In this document: positions 10,665 to 20,392 of the stretch, piece after piece | Position numbering within the stretch: position 1 is the stretch's first letter | Layout: each line of letters opens with the position of its first letter | Assembly: GCA_035651775.1 (NCBI GenBank) | Contig: DASREY010000229.1 | Span: 5,507-69,506 of the forward strand | Source of the DNA: Terriglobales bacterium | GTDB lineage: Bacteria; Acidobacteriota; Terriglobia; Terriglobales; Acidobacteriaceae | Direction of reading: 5' to 3' | DNA length: 64,000 bases | The notes under the pieces: model-generated | Seen by the model: the letters and a program-made list of their open reading frames with translations, nothing else | What the model was told of the DNA's origin: nothing | Database searches by the model: none | Made by a program: the position numbers and the translations under genes

Positions 10665-11906
10665 ATGAAGTTCACCCGTTACGGCAAATACGTTCCTAAC
10701 CCGGCTTCGGAGATGAGCATGGAAGACCTGCTCAATGCTCTCTCCGATTATCTGCTGCAGAGCGGATTCCAGAATTCCTACATGGATTTCTACCAAGTGC
10801 CCGGCGAGCACACTCTCGACGATCTGCGCCGTGCGATTGAAGAGGCCCTGCTGAACGGCGAACTGCTCGACGAGCAAATGCAAGAGCAGATTAACCAGAT
10901 GCAGATGGAAGGAACCCTGGAGCAGCTTATCGAAGAGCTCATCCAGCGGATGGAGCAGCAGGATTTTATCTCCATCGATCAGCCTCGCGATCCCTCGCAG
11001 CAATCTCTCACCGCCGGACAAACCGGCATGCCCCAGGGCCAGGCCCGCTTTGAAGTCACCGACAAAAGCCTCGACTTCCTCGGCTTCAAGACTTTGCGCG
11101 ATCTGCTGGGTTCGCTGGGAAAATCAAGCTTTGGCCGCCACGATACCCGCGACATGGCCACCGGCGTGGAAGCCAGCGGGGCTTCGCGGACTTATGAATT
11201 CGGCGATACGCTCAACCTCGATATTACCGCTACCCTGAAGCGCGCCATCCGCCGTGAGGGCCTGCAGATGCCCTTGAACATCGAGTACTCTGATCTGCAG
11301 GTGCATCAGTGCGAGTATCAGTCTTCCTGCGCCACGGTAGTGATGCTCGACTGCTCTCATTCGATGATCCTCTACGGCGAAGACCGCTTCACTCCGGCCA
11401 AGAAAGTCGCGCTGGCGCTCTCGCACCTCATTCGCACGCAATATCCCGGCGATTCCCTTTCCCTGGTTCTCTTTCATGACTCAGCGGAAGAGGTCCCGCT
11501 CTCGCAGTTGGCCCGCGTACAGGTTGGACCGTATTACACCAATACGCGTGAAGGCCTGCGCCTGGCCCAACGTATCTTGCAGCGCCAAAGAAAAGACATG
11601 AAGCAGATTGTCATGATTACCGACGGCAAGCCCTCGGCGCTCACTCTGGAAGATGGAAGGATTTACAAGAACGCCTTTGGCCTCGACCCTCTGGTCGTCA
11701 GTCAGACCCTGGAAGAGGTTTCCAAGTGCAAGCGCGCCGGAGTTTTAATCAATACCTTCATGCTGGCCAGCGACTACGGCCTGGTGCAGTTTGTCCAGAA
11801 GGTAACGGAAATGTGCCGCGGCAAAGCCTACTTCACGACGCCCTACACCCTGGGCCAGTATCTGTTGATGGACTACATGTCGAGAAAAACTAAAACTATT
11901 CATTAG
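10665..11906 (+). CDS. VWA-domain protein (CoxE/ChlD-C-like) with intact MIDAS
   Basis: 413 aa; MIDAS DxSxS in [10 protein letters not shown] and a later ITDGKPS. Typical partner of ChlI/MoxR-type ATPases. Confidence 0.85.
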   Translation: MKFTRYGKYVPNPASEMSMEDLLNALSDYLLQSGFQNSYMDFYQVPGEHTLDDLRRAIEEALLNGELLDEQMQEQINQMQMEGTLEQLIEELIQRMEQQDFISIDQPRDPSQQSLTAGQTGMPQGQARFEVTDKSLDFLGFKTLRDLLGSLGKSSFGRHDTRDMATGVEASGASRTYEFGDTLNLDITATLKRAIRREGLQMPLNIEYSDLQVHQCEYQSSCATVVMLDCSHSMILYGEDRFTPAKKVALALSHLIRTQYPGDSLSLVLFHDSAEEVPLSQLARVQVGPYYTNTREGLRLAQRILQRQRKDMKQIVMITDGKPSALTLEDGRIYKNAFGLDPLVVSQTLEEVSKCKRAGVLINTFMLASDYGLVQFVQKVTEMCRGKAYFTTPYTLGQYLLMDYMSRKTKTIH

Positions 11907-12009
11907 GCCGCACGGCTTCGATAACCTCTTCAGCCGTGCCATAACACTTCAATGAAGCCGAAGGGCGTTTAACCCATGAGATAAAACCGCTCGGCGCAGA
12001 ATAGGAAAG

Positions 12010-12270
12010 CTAAATCTTGACGTTTTGAGCGGTAGGCGCGGCCGATTCTTCCTGGCGCACCGCAGCTTCCGCCGCCTGAAAGCCGATCTTGGAGTGGGTA
12101 CCGTCGCAGAATGGTTTGGTTACTGAAGCTCCACAGCGGCAGAGAGAGAAAGCAGTCTTCCCTTTCAGGTCATACGGGTTGCCGTCTGCATCCACCAGTT
12201 GAATTGCGCCTTCGGGAGCCTCCACCCGGTAAGGTCCGTTCTTTTTGATTGTGATTTTCACTTCCGCCAT
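12010..12270 (-). CDS. CDGSH iron-sulfur domain protein
   Basis: ORF 12010..12501 trimmed to ATG 12270 (MAEVKITIKKNGPYRV...). CRCGASVTKPFCDGTHS is the CDGSH motif. The longer ORF would overlap the upstream gene. Confidence 0.85.
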   Translation of the reverse strand: MAEVKITIKKNGPYRVEAPEGAIQLVDADGNPYDLKGKTAFSLCRCGASVTKPFCDGTHSKIGFQAAEAAVRQEESAAPTAQNVKI

Positions 12271-12353
12271 GCGCCAGCTCCTTGTATCGAGATTTAAGTA
12301 GATTGCAATCTGTAAGACTACCACGAGCCCCATGCGCCGGAGATATTTCGCCC

Positions 12354-14591
12354 TTACTTTCGGAAGGCGACGTTGATAAACATCTTTTCGCCCTCGACCT
12401 CCACTACGTTGCAGAATGTGCGTTTGCCCTGGCGGGCGAAGTCGAGCCCAATACGTGTATTGCCCACGCGCAGGTTCCGGATCCTCAGATAATCCAGCCA
12501 ATCAGGCAATGAAGGGTTCACGATGTTCAATTCTTTGCGATGGGCGCTGGGCCTGATGCCCAAGACCGAACTTAGGATGAGGAACATCGCCCCTGAAGCC
12601 CAGGCCTGCGGCGAACACGAGACCGGATAGTGCACCGGCTCATCGAACGGCCGGCGCTGGATACCGCAAAAAAGCTCCGGCAGGCGATAGTCGCGGAAGT
12701 TGAGCGCTGCCTGAAACAGGGAGGTGAAAATCTGCTGTGCCTGGTCGCGAAATTCGTTCAGGGCCATGCCATGGGCGACCAGGGAATTGTCGTGCGGCCA
12801 AACCGAACCCCGGTGATAGCTTAGCGGATTGAAGATGTTCTCATCTTGCGATAAAGTGCGCCATCCCCAGCCTGAAAACATGTCAGGCTTCATCAGCCGC
12901 TGCACCAGGGTGCGGGCGCGATCGCGATTGAGAATGCGAGTGAAGAGCAGGTGTCCTGGGTTCGATGAAATCGGGTCTACCGGCTTCTTCTCCGCATCCA
13001 GGGCCATGGCGTAAAAGCCGCGTTGTGGCTGCCAGAAAGCTTTTTCAAAGCGCTTGGCCAGCTCGACGGCTTCACGCTTCAACTGGTCTGCCTTTTGCAC
13101 ATCTCCAAAGGCCCGCAGTAACGATGCCATACGGTACTTGGCGTCATACACGTAACCCTGCACCTCGGCCAGGGCGATTGGAGGTTTGGCAACTACGCCG
13201 TCCCGATGCATGATTGCATCCCACGAATCCTTCCATCCCTGGTTGACCAGGCCACGGGGCGATCGCCGCGTATATTCGACGAAGCCGTCACCGTCAAGAT
13301 CGCCGTATTGCTCGATCCAATCAAGCGCACGGTAGGCTGCCGGCAGCAGCTCGCGCACCATCTCTTCATCTGCCGTCCACTGAAATGTTTCGCCCAGCAG
13401 AATGAGGAACAAAGGGGTGGCGTCCACAGAGCCGTAGTAAGGGCCAAAAGGCATTTCACCGGCGCGGGTCATCTCGCCGGTGCGATACTCATGCAGAATC
13501 TTTCCAGGTTGTTCATCCTGCCAGTCGTTCATGCGCGTGCCCTGGTAGCGCGCCAGAACGCGCAACGTATCCACGGCCAGTTGCGGATTGACACAAAGCG
13601 CCTGATACGCGGAAATAACCGAGTCGCGCCCGAAAATGGTTGCGAACCATGGGATGCCTGCGGCAAGAATGTGCTGCTCACCGTCGGGAATTTGCAGAGC
13701 ATGAAAATCGCCTATGCTGGTCTGCAGGGCCTCGTCAAAGACTTCGTTGCTCGACTCAAAGTGGGTTGAATTCTCTTCCCAGCCCTGGAAGGCTTCACGC
13801 CGCTTGCGAAGGCTCGCATCAAAATCGGGGAATGTAAAACTGCGTCGCTTGCGGGCCGGTGCTTGCCCGACCCGGGGAATCACCGTAACCCGAATCTCGA
13901 CTTTTTTTAGTGGCGATAACTTAAGGCTCCACACGGCTTTCTTATCGCGAAACTCCTCCGGGTTCGGGTCGAGGTGAACCTCTGTCTCACGGAAGATGTC
14001 ATCGAGACCGCGATAGCAAAACGTTATGCTGCCTTCCCTGACCACCGGCCGGTAGTAGTGGCCGGCGCGATGGCGGGCACAGCCGCGTGCCTGGAAAACA
14101 TCTACGAAGTCGGCGTCGAGGGCCAGCTCTACCAGGAATTCCACCGGGGTCAAATTGAAATTTTCAAAAGTAAAAGTATCGAATACCGTGATGCCTGAGA
14201 GAAGCTGCTCGCGGCGGATATGCACCGTGTTTTCCGGCAGGTCAAGGGAATCGCGCAGGGTGACGCTCCCCGTGGTCAACTCGATGCGTGAGACAAAGGT
14301 TTTTTCCGTGCTCGAGCTGAGCACGACGGTGCGAAAGCCTCCGATCCGCAGCTCAAGCTCGCTGAGAAAGCGCGTGTCGTCATGAAAAAGACCGACGTCG
14401 GGCGCTCCCGCAGGAGTAATGTCACCGGCGACCGTCGTAGAAATAAAAGTCTTGCCGTCAATCAAAGTAAGATTGTTGAGCTTGCGCGGCTCAAAAGTCT
14501 GGTAGGCAAGGCGCGGCTCAACGTGGGGACAAGGAATCTCCTCCAACGGCTCTTCATCGCCTCTATAAAAAACCTCTGACAATGTGCTCAT
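12354..14591 (-). CDS. Amylo-alpha-1,6-glucosidase family protein (GDE_C-type, glycogen-debranching-like)
   Basis: 745 aa; GIPWFATIFGRDS and a (alpha/alpha)6-type C-terminal region typical of bacterial/archaeal GDE proteins. ATGA overlap with the upstream glycosyltransferase. Confidence 0.85.
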   Translation of the reverse strand: MSTLSEVFYRGDEEPLEEIPCPHVEPRLAYQTFEPRKLNNLTLIDGKTFISTTVAGDITPAGAPDVGLFHDDTRFLSELELRIGGFRTVVLSSSTEKTFVSRIELTTGSVTLRDSLDLPENTVHIRREQLLSGITVFDTFTFENFNLTPVEFLVELALDADFVDVFQARGCARHRAGHYYRPVVREGSITFCYRGLDDIFRETEVHLDPNPEEFRDKKAVWSLKLSPLKKVEIRVTVIPRVGQAPARKRRSFTFPDFDASLRKRREAFQGWEENSTHFESSNEVFDEALQTSIGDFHALQIPDGEQHILAAGIPWFATIFGRDSVISAYQALCVNPQLAVDTLRVLARYQGTRMNDWQDEQPGKILHEYRTGEMTRAGEMPFGPYYGSVDATPLFLILLGETFQWTADEEMVRELLPAAYRALDWIEQYGDLDGDGFVEYTRRSPRGLVNQGWKDSWDAIMHRDGVVAKPPIALAEVQGYVYDAKYRMASLLRAFGDVQKADQLKREAVELAKRFEKAFWQPQRGFYAMALDAEKKPVDPISSNPGHLLFTRILNRDRARTLVQRLMKPDMFSGWGWRTLSQDENIFNPLSYHRGSVWPHDNSLVAHGMALNEFRDQAQQIFTSLFQAALNFRDYRLPELFCGIQRRPFDEPVHYPVSCSPQAWASGAMFLILSSVLGIRPSAHRKELNIVNPSLPDWLDYLRIRNLRVGNTRIGLDFARQGKRTFCNVVEVEGEKMFINVAFRK

Positions 14592-15646
14592 GCAACGGCT
14601 CTTGGCTCAATTTCGCTTTCAGAATCCTGCGGTCCGCTCAAAACCTCTTGATACAAATCAAGGTATCTGCCGACCATGGTTTCAAGGCTGAAGTTCTGTT
14701 CTGCGTAGGCGCGCACCTGCTCAGGGTTGAATCTCAGCTGGCGAGCATAGCCCACAAGCTCTTCTACCGAACGGCCAATATGGCCGGAAATTCCATCCCG
14801 CACAATTTCGGGCACCGAGCCGCTTGGGAGGGCCAGCACAGGAGTGCCGCATGCCATAGCCTCGATCATAACCAGGCCAAAAGGTTCATTCCACTGAATA
14901 GGAAACAACAGCGCCAAAGCGCCTCCCAGCAGCTTGTTTTTTGCTTCCAGGTCAACTTCACCGATGAACTCTATAAACTTTCCATCCACGTGAGGCAGTA
15001 TTTCACGATCGAAATAATCTTTGAATACCGGCTGCACCTCTCCGGCAATTTTCAGGGGAATGCCGCTCTTTTTGGCAATTTCAATTGCCAGGTGAGTTCC
15101 CTTCATGGGTGCGATGCGGCCAAGAAATGCCAGGTAGCGGCGCGGGACCGCGGAAAGCCGATAGCTCCTCATATCGATGCCGTGATGGATAGTTCGCATG
15201 CGCGGCATGGTTTCACAACTGCGTTGAAAATCGCTGATGGTGACGTATTCCACTTTGGAGCAGTAACCGTACAACTGGCTCAGCTCCGGCACATGCGGAT
15301 GATGAATGGTCGCCACCACGGGCACAGGAGAGAAACGCGAGCACAAGACGCCCGGAACATTGTTGACATGGATCAAATCGCAGGATTCAATGGCGTCGCG
15401 CACCGACCACAAGGTGTGATTGTAATCCGTAAGGTTATCGAAAATTTCGCCCTGGATCGGCCATTGCGCTTTGGCATATAACCAGCGGATTTCGGTTGCG
15501 ATGGTAGACTCCCCGTTGCTGTACACCACCACATCCATCCCACGGGCCTTCAATCCCTCCGCCAGATGCCCAATGAACAGCTCTGTTCCTCCATACACCT
15601 TAGGAGGCACTGGGATAAAAGGCGGGGCGACAAGGGCTATTCTCAA
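14588..15646 (-). CDS. Glycosyltransferase, GT4-like
   Basis: 352 aa; RIALVAPPFIPVPPKVYGGTE N-terminus and EPFGLVMIEAMACGTPV C-terminal motif. TTG start with GAGGAG SD. Confidence 0.88.
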   Translation of the reverse strand: MRIALVAPPFIPVPPKVYGGTELFIGHLAEGLKARGMDVVVYSNGESTIATEIRWLYAKAQWPIQGEIFDNLTDYNHTLWSVRDAIESCDLIHVNNVPGVLCSRFSPVPVVATIHHPHVPELSQLYGYCSKVEYVTISDFQRSCETMPRMRTIHHGIDMRSYRLSAVPRRYLAFLGRIAPMKGTHLAIEIAKKSGIPLKIAGEVQPVFKDYFDREILPHVDGKFIEFIGEVDLEAKNKLLGGALALLFPIQWNEPFGLVMIEAMACGTPVLALPSGSVPEIVRDGISGHIGRSVEELVGYARQLRFNPEQVRAYAEQNFSLETMVGRYLDLYQEVLSGPQDSESEIEPRAVA

Positions 15647-15756
15647 CAGGATTCTCCTCAGTGTTTCGCTGCGCTCTGTCAGGTTTCACTGGACTGTTTT
15701 CAAGCGCGATTTATATTCTCTGATTTCTAGGATGCTGAGATTTAGCTGCACGTTGG

Positions 15757-16839
15757 TTAGTTCAGGTACACGGCATTGCGTACGGTTGCGACATGATTTT
15801 CAAACTCCAACGCTCGTTGTTGGTTGGTGTGTCTTGCCAGCACACGCGCCTGTGCTCGTTCTCCTATTTCCCGCAGCTCACGTTCGGAATAGTCGCGCAT
15901 GTAACGCACCACATCATCGGCGCCCGCCGGAATCAGGATCTCTGCTCCAGGCACGAAAAAAGTTTCCAGTCCCGGCCAGTTGTCAGAAACGATTGCCGCG
16001 CCGCAGGCAGCGGCCTCGAACAAGCGTACGGAAGGCGAGTAGCCGGCCATGACCATGTCGCGCCGGGTGACATTTAACGTCAGGCGGGAAGAAGAATATA
16101 AATCAGGATGCCAGCGTGGATTGAGATGAATAATTCGTTCCACATTCTTTGGCCACTCGATGCTCGAAGGATATTGCGGCCCAGCCACAATAAATCTTTG
16201 CTCTCCTGAACGGCGCGCGGGTTCACACAAAAATTCTTCGATCTTGGGCTGGCGATCAGGGGCATAGGTCCCCATATAGCTCATTACACACTCATATTCC
16301 TTGCTTGCGGGAAAGCGGCGATACTGATTCGGATCGAAGGAGCAATACAGTGGCACAGCACGCTGCGCCCGGAAGTCACGCTCGATTTCCGCCAGCAGGG
16401 GCCCGCCTGTAAAGCTGAAGTAAATATCAAAATTTGGAATCTGGTCGGCGCGCAGATAAGATGTGCCGCCTTGAGAGCGCAATTGCGCAATGGTGATAGG
16501 CGTATCGATGTCGTAGAAGACTTTGACCGCGGCGGAATCCGCGATCCGGTCAATGGCTTCCACCCCCTCTGGAAAATACGAGCCCACAACCGCAACCTCT
16601 GCATCTCTCAATTCCTGGCGAACGCGCGGCAAAATTTCGGTCCAGTTTTCATAGAGAACCAAGCCGCAGCACTCCGGCTCGGGAAGATCGCGATTCGAGC
16701 CGTACCATTCCACATCGTGTTCAAAAAAAGTGATGTCGTGTCCGCGCTCGGCCAGGGCGCGCGCCAGGGCGCGATATGTGGTCCCGTGGCCATTGCCCCA
16801 GGAAGAGGTGATGGTAAGCCCAAAAATTACAATTTTCAC
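15757..16839 (-). CDS. Glycosyltransferase, CgeB-like (Glyco_trans_1_2-type)
   Basis: 360 aa; KIVIFGLTITSSWGNGHGTTYR N-terminus and RLFEAAACGAAIVSD C-terminal motif. GTG start. Confidence 0.75.
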   Translation of the reverse strand: MKIVIFGLTITSSWGNGHGTTYRALARALAERGHDITFFEHDVEWYGSNRDLPEPECCGLVLYENWTEILPRVRQELRDAEVAVVGSYFPEGVEAIDRIADSAAVKVFYDIDTPITIAQLRSQGGTSYLRADQIPNFDIYFSFTGGPLLAEIERDFRAQRAVPLYCSFDPNQYRRFPASKEYECVMSYMGTYAPDRQPKIEEFLCEPARRSGEQRFIVAGPQYPSSIEWPKNVERIIHLNPRWHPDLYSSSRLTLNVTRRDMVMAGYSPSVRLFEAAACGAAIVSDNWPGLETFFVPGAEILIPAGADDVVRYMRDYSERELREIGERAQARVLARHTNQQRALEFENHVATVRNAVYLN

Positions 16840-16854
16840 CGTGAACGCCTCACG

Positions 16855-17967
16855 CTATGCCACCGCCGAGCGCGCGCCCAACAACGCGTGGTACAGAGTC
16901 AAATAATCTTCGGCCATGCGTTCCGCGTTGTACCGCTGCAAGGCGCGTTTATAGGCGCGATTGCCATATTCGATGCGCATTCCTGCATCTGTCATCAGCT
17001 TTCGAATTACTTTCATCAGGCTTGCCCCGTCATCGCGCTGGAAATAGACGGCATCATCCGCCCATAATTCACGAAAGCTGGCAATATCGTTAGCCACGAT
17101 GGCGCAACGCGAGAGGGCGGCCTCCACCGGAGCCAGCCCAAAGGGTTCATAACGCGACGTGGCGGCATAGACCGCCGCCCTGCCATAAAGCTGGCGCAAC
17201 TGCGATTCAGTTTGGCTGCCTTTGAAATGCACGTTGGAAAGAGCGGCCCTTCCCGGCAAGGCTCCGGCGCGCAAAGCAGCGTCGGGATGGTGGTCAGAAC
17301 CCGCAATATCAATCTGCACTTGCGGATTTTGCCTGCATAGCAAGGTAACCTGCTTGCCCGAATCCCACACGCGCCCCACCGTCAATACTCTGCTTGCTTT
17401 CGTCATATGCGGATTGAAACTATTGGGGCTGCGTCCGTTGTAAATCACAGCTGCATGCTTCGGTTTTCCGTACAAAGAAATAACGGAATCGAGCATCCAG
17501 CGCGAAGGCGCCACAACCGTATTGGCATGCTGAATGCTCCTGGCCAGCATGCCGCGGTACCACTCCAGCCATTTCGTCGGCGGAGGCTCGTGTTGATGAA
17601 CCGCCAGCCACCAACTCACAACATCACTGTGGGCAACCACCACCCGCGGCAGTTCAACCGGAATCGCGCCATAGAAATACTGGTTGAAATGCAGCAAATC
17701 AGGGCGCACATCGCGAATAATGCCCTGCAAAAATTGCTGCGAGGCTTCCATATCGCGCTGCACATCGTGCATCCATTCCAGGGCAAACGCGGTTGCGCGG
17801 AAATCGAAGTTGGGCAGCCCTTCCATCCACAGCGTCTGCTCCGGACTGGGCATCTCGCCTAAGCTCACCAGCGTCAGCCGCACACCCCGGCGCACCAGGG
17901 CTGTAGCTAGTTCCTGAGCGTATGTCCAGACGCCGCCAACCGTATCCGCTGTCATTAAGACATGCAT
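16855..17967 (-). CDS. Glycosyltransferase, GT4-like
   Basis: 370 aa; MHVLMTADTVGGVWTY N-terminus and EPFGLAPVEAALSRCAIV motif. Confidence 0.85.
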   Translation of the reverse strand: MHVLMTADTVGGVWTYAQELATALVRRGVRLTLVSLGEMPSPEQTLWMEGLPNFDFRATAFALEWMHDVQRDMEASQQFLQGIIRDVRPDLLHFNQYFYGAIPVELPRVVVAHSDVVSWWLAVHQHEPPPTKWLEWYRGMLARSIQHANTVVAPSRWMLDSVISLYGKPKHAAVIYNGRSPNSFNPHMTKASRVLTVGRVWDSGKQVTLLCRQNPQVQIDIAGSDHHPDAALRAGALPGRAALSNVHFKGSQTESQLRQLYGRAAVYAATSRYEPFGLAPVEAALSRCAIVANDIASFRELWADDAVYFQRDDGASLMKVIRKLMTDAGMRIEYGNRAYKRALQRYNAERMAEDYLTLYHALLGARSAVA

Positions 17968-17977
17968 AAAAAATTAC

Positions 17978-18910
17978 TCAAGCATTGTGTTCAACGATTT
18001 TTCGCTCCAACTCAGGCGACGGCTTGCGGACGCCAGAGGCATACCGCTCCACTGCCCAGACCGCGAACTCCGCAAAATCCTCCGGCGATTTTGGCGGGCT
18101 GGTGTAGTGGGGCATTACGCCCAAATGTTCAGGCGTAAAGCACAGCGTCATGGTGGTTTCAAATTCTTCCAGCCCTGCCATCTGGCGGTCGAACCACTCC
18201 TGCGCCTGCGGACGAAAATAATCTGCCCAGCTTACGCCGGTACGCAAATAACGGACATTGAGCCTGCGCAACCAGGCCACCCCCAACTCAAAGCGCGGGT
18301 CTTCAAAATGAAACCACTGGCAGATTCCCATGCCTTCGGGAAAATGTTCCGCCGCCGGCTTGGGCGTGCCGTCTTCCCGCACCAGTCCCATGTAATAGTG
18401 CCGATAGTAAGCGCTTCCCTCAGCTTCTTTGTGGCGAGTGGTCGCAGCCCAGGTTGCCGGCAAGTCAAAGAGGCTGTACCAATGTACTCGTTCCACGATG
18501 GGCAGCAACAGTTCCGCGGTCTTCTGCAGGCCGAAAACCTGGACCTCTTCCGCTCCGAACGATGATGCCCCTGCTTCGGAAACCCATATGGGAAGTTGGG
18601 TCACGGAGCGTATTTCCGCGATCTTCTTGGGCCACTCCTGTATTTTCCAGTGGTTCCAATCCAGGGGGAATCCGTGCACCGCGATGACGTCGACTGCATC
18701 CAGCACGCCATGAGAACCCAGCAGTTGGATGAAATGGGGATCTATGGGTGAGATTCCGCCCAGGGCAATCGTTAATGCAGGATTGACCCGGCGGATGGCC
18801 TTGGCTGCCGCAATGGCCATGGCGGCAAACATCTTCCACTCGGGATCGATCTTGAAATCCCAATGCGAAAGATTATTCGGTTCGTTCCACAACATCACCG
18901 CTTCCACCAT
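17978..18910 (-). CDS. Clan GH-A (TIM-barrel) glycoside hydrolase with apparently permuted motif order
   Basis: 310 aa; AAGGTGGAG SD. WNEPN (acid/base) at residues 8-12 and VSEAG (nucleophile) at 110-114. N-terminal-type motifs (LRTGVSWADY, TLCFTPEH, FAEFAVWAVERY) lie at residues 220-290. Confidence 0.75.
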   Translation of the reverse strand: MVEAVMLWNEPNNLSHWDFKIDPEWKMFAAMAIAAAKAIRRVNPALTIALGGISPIDPHFIQLLGSHGVLDAVDVIAVHGFPLDWNHWKIQEWPKKIAEIRSVTQLPIWVSEAGASSFGAEEVQVFGLQKTAELLLPIVERVHWYSLFDLPATWAATTRHKEAEGSAYYRHYYMGLVREDGTPKPAAEHFPEGMGICQWFHFEDPRFELGVAWLRRLNVRYLRTGVSWADYFRPQAQEWFDRQMAGLEEFETTMTLCFTPEHLGVMPHYTSPPKSPEDFAEFAVWAVERYASGVRKPSPELERKIVEHNA

Positions 18911-19120
18911 GCTCCACCTTGCATTTTTGGATTAGAACTTATTTCAACATCAGTTTTTTAAAAAATAGGTTCGTGCCAGGGCACGACTTGGTAGCCATGC
19001 TTTTAGGCGTGGGAGAGCGAAGCGAACAGTGCCGTTGAGCCTCTAAAAATGTGGCCTTTAGCCCTTGCGGTCGCTCCATAAACTATCACCACGATATTTT
19101 GAAACATGTTTCAGGAATCT

Positions 19121-19924
19121 CTACAGGGTGCCCGCCAGCTCGGCATCCAGAATGTACTGCCCGTTGCGCAGCACGTTCTTAGGTTGGCAGATCCAGATCT
19201 CTGTCTCCGGATGAGCGACGATCTCAAGCCCGGAACTGCGCAACATCGCCTCGGCAGCAGAGCTATTTGGTATCCACCAGTTAGTCGGATCTTCGGCATA
19301 GCTGTTTTCGATAAAATACGCCCGCGGAAAGCTCGGATCAGAGAAGATACTCTTTTCCCAAAAGTTGTAGTTTTCATCCCACGAGCGCGCTTCTTCCGAG
19401 CCCCGGATCATGGTCTGGAAAACCAGCGTCCTTCTTACTTTTTTGATGATCCTGTCGAGCGCGTAGAGGGGATAACGCAAATGATAAAAAACTCCCATGA
19501 AGAGCACATAATCAAACTGCCCGAAAATGGAATCGGCCTCATAGACTGAGAGTTTTTTGAATTCAATTTGCAGTCCGAGCACGTCAGCAGCGAATCTTGC
19601 CTGGTTCAAATAGCGGTCATCTACATCCACGCCCACCACCCGGCCAGCTCCGCGGCGCTTCATCTCGATAGAGTAAAACCCCGCATTGCAGCCCAAATCG
19701 AGGACCGAAGCGCCATCCAGGTCCTCAGGAATGATGGAAGATAAATACTTCCACTTAATGTTGGGAAAATCGCCCAGGAAGTGATGGGGGGCAGTCCACA
19801 CTCCATCCAGGTTGATATTGTGGAACCATTCTCCCAACTCGCCAATTTTGCGCTCTATTTCTTTTTGCTCCAGAGTCCTGGAGAGAGAGTCCGTATTTTG
19901 ATTCATCGTTCCAGTAGTGGACAT
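19121..19924 (-). CDS. SAM-dependent methyltransferase, DUF1698/CmoB-like
   Basis: 267 aa; WFHNINL...VLDLGCNAGFYSIEM...VVGVD...FDYVLFMGVFYHLRYPL, matching the CmoB-type fold pattern. Confidence 0.85.
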   Translation of the reverse strand: MSTTGTMNQNTDSLSRTLEQKEIERKIGELGEWFHNINLDGVWTAPHHFLGDFPNIKWKYLSSIIPEDLDGASVLDLGCNAGFYSIEMKRRGAGRVVGVDVDDRYLNQARFAADVLGLQIEFKKLSVYEADSIFGQFDYVLFMGVFYHLRYPLYALDRIIKKVRRTLVFQTMIRGSEEARSWDENYNFWEKSIFSDPSFPRAYFIENSYAEDPTNWWIPNSSAAEAMLRSSGLEIVAHPETEIWICQPKNVLRNGQYILDAELAGTL

Positions 19925-20111
19925 CGCGACAGATTTGTTACCTTTGTTTCAGCTAAGATGCCGCTCCCCTCCGGACGTTGCTCGGGCACAGCCGTAAACG
20001 CAAAGGGAGCGTAATGAATAACGCAGAGATGAACAAACAGAGGTTCAGGCCCCATCAGCTTTCCAAGCACTCGCAAGCCGGTTTGCGCATCACTACGCCA
20101 ATTGCCGGGTT

Positions 20112-20261
20112 CTAAACAACTGTTCGCCGGCCCGTGAGCAGGTTAATGATCGCAATTACCAGGGCCACCACAAGCAGCAGATGAATCAAGCTGCCGGCAA
20201 CGTGGAACCCCCAACCCAGAAGCCAGAGAATAAGAAGTATTACGAAAATAGTCCAAAGCAT
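20112..20261 (-). CDS. lmo0937-family small membrane protein (49 aa)
   Basis: Below the ORF-track cutoff. GAGGTG SD, then MLWTIFVILLILWLLGWGFHVAGSLIHLLLVVALVIAIINLLTGRRTVV. Matches the MLWTI...LWLLG...IHLLLV...GRR family pattern from memory. Confidence 0.8.
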   Translation of the reverse strand: MLWTIFVILLILWLLGWGFHVAGSLIHLLLVVALVIAIINLLTGRRTVV

Positions 20262-20392
20262 TTTTTCACCTCGGCCATCAGACAAATGGCTATGGAGACT
20301 AAGAGGCTGGGCAGGAATTCAGAGTTGTCTATTCAGTAAATGGAAATTGTGGCCGTTATGGCCGGCAGGTAAACCTTAGAGCGGGGGAATCT

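Noticed and set aside
12271-12501. Upstream extension of the CDGSH ORF
   Set aside because: Overlaps the GDE gene's 3' end. The CDGSH family is about 80-90 aa and the internal ATG fits.
14582-15481. 299-aa plus-strand ORF
   Set aside because: Antisense shadow of the GT4 glycosyltransferase.
18971-18987. Hairpin tcgtgcc-ag-ggcacga followed (minus strand) by a T-run, as terminator of the methyltransferase gene
   Set aside because: The loop is too small for the full stem, a 5-nt spacer precedes the T-run, and it sits inside a repeat-relic sequence. Not convincing as a terminator.
20013-20115. 33-aa plus-strand ORF MNNAEMNKQRFRPHQLSKHSQAGLRITTPIAGF with AAGGGAG upstream
   Set aside because: Its stop overlaps the stop of the well-supported lmo0937-like gene. 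The sequence is basic and low-information, with no family resemblance.
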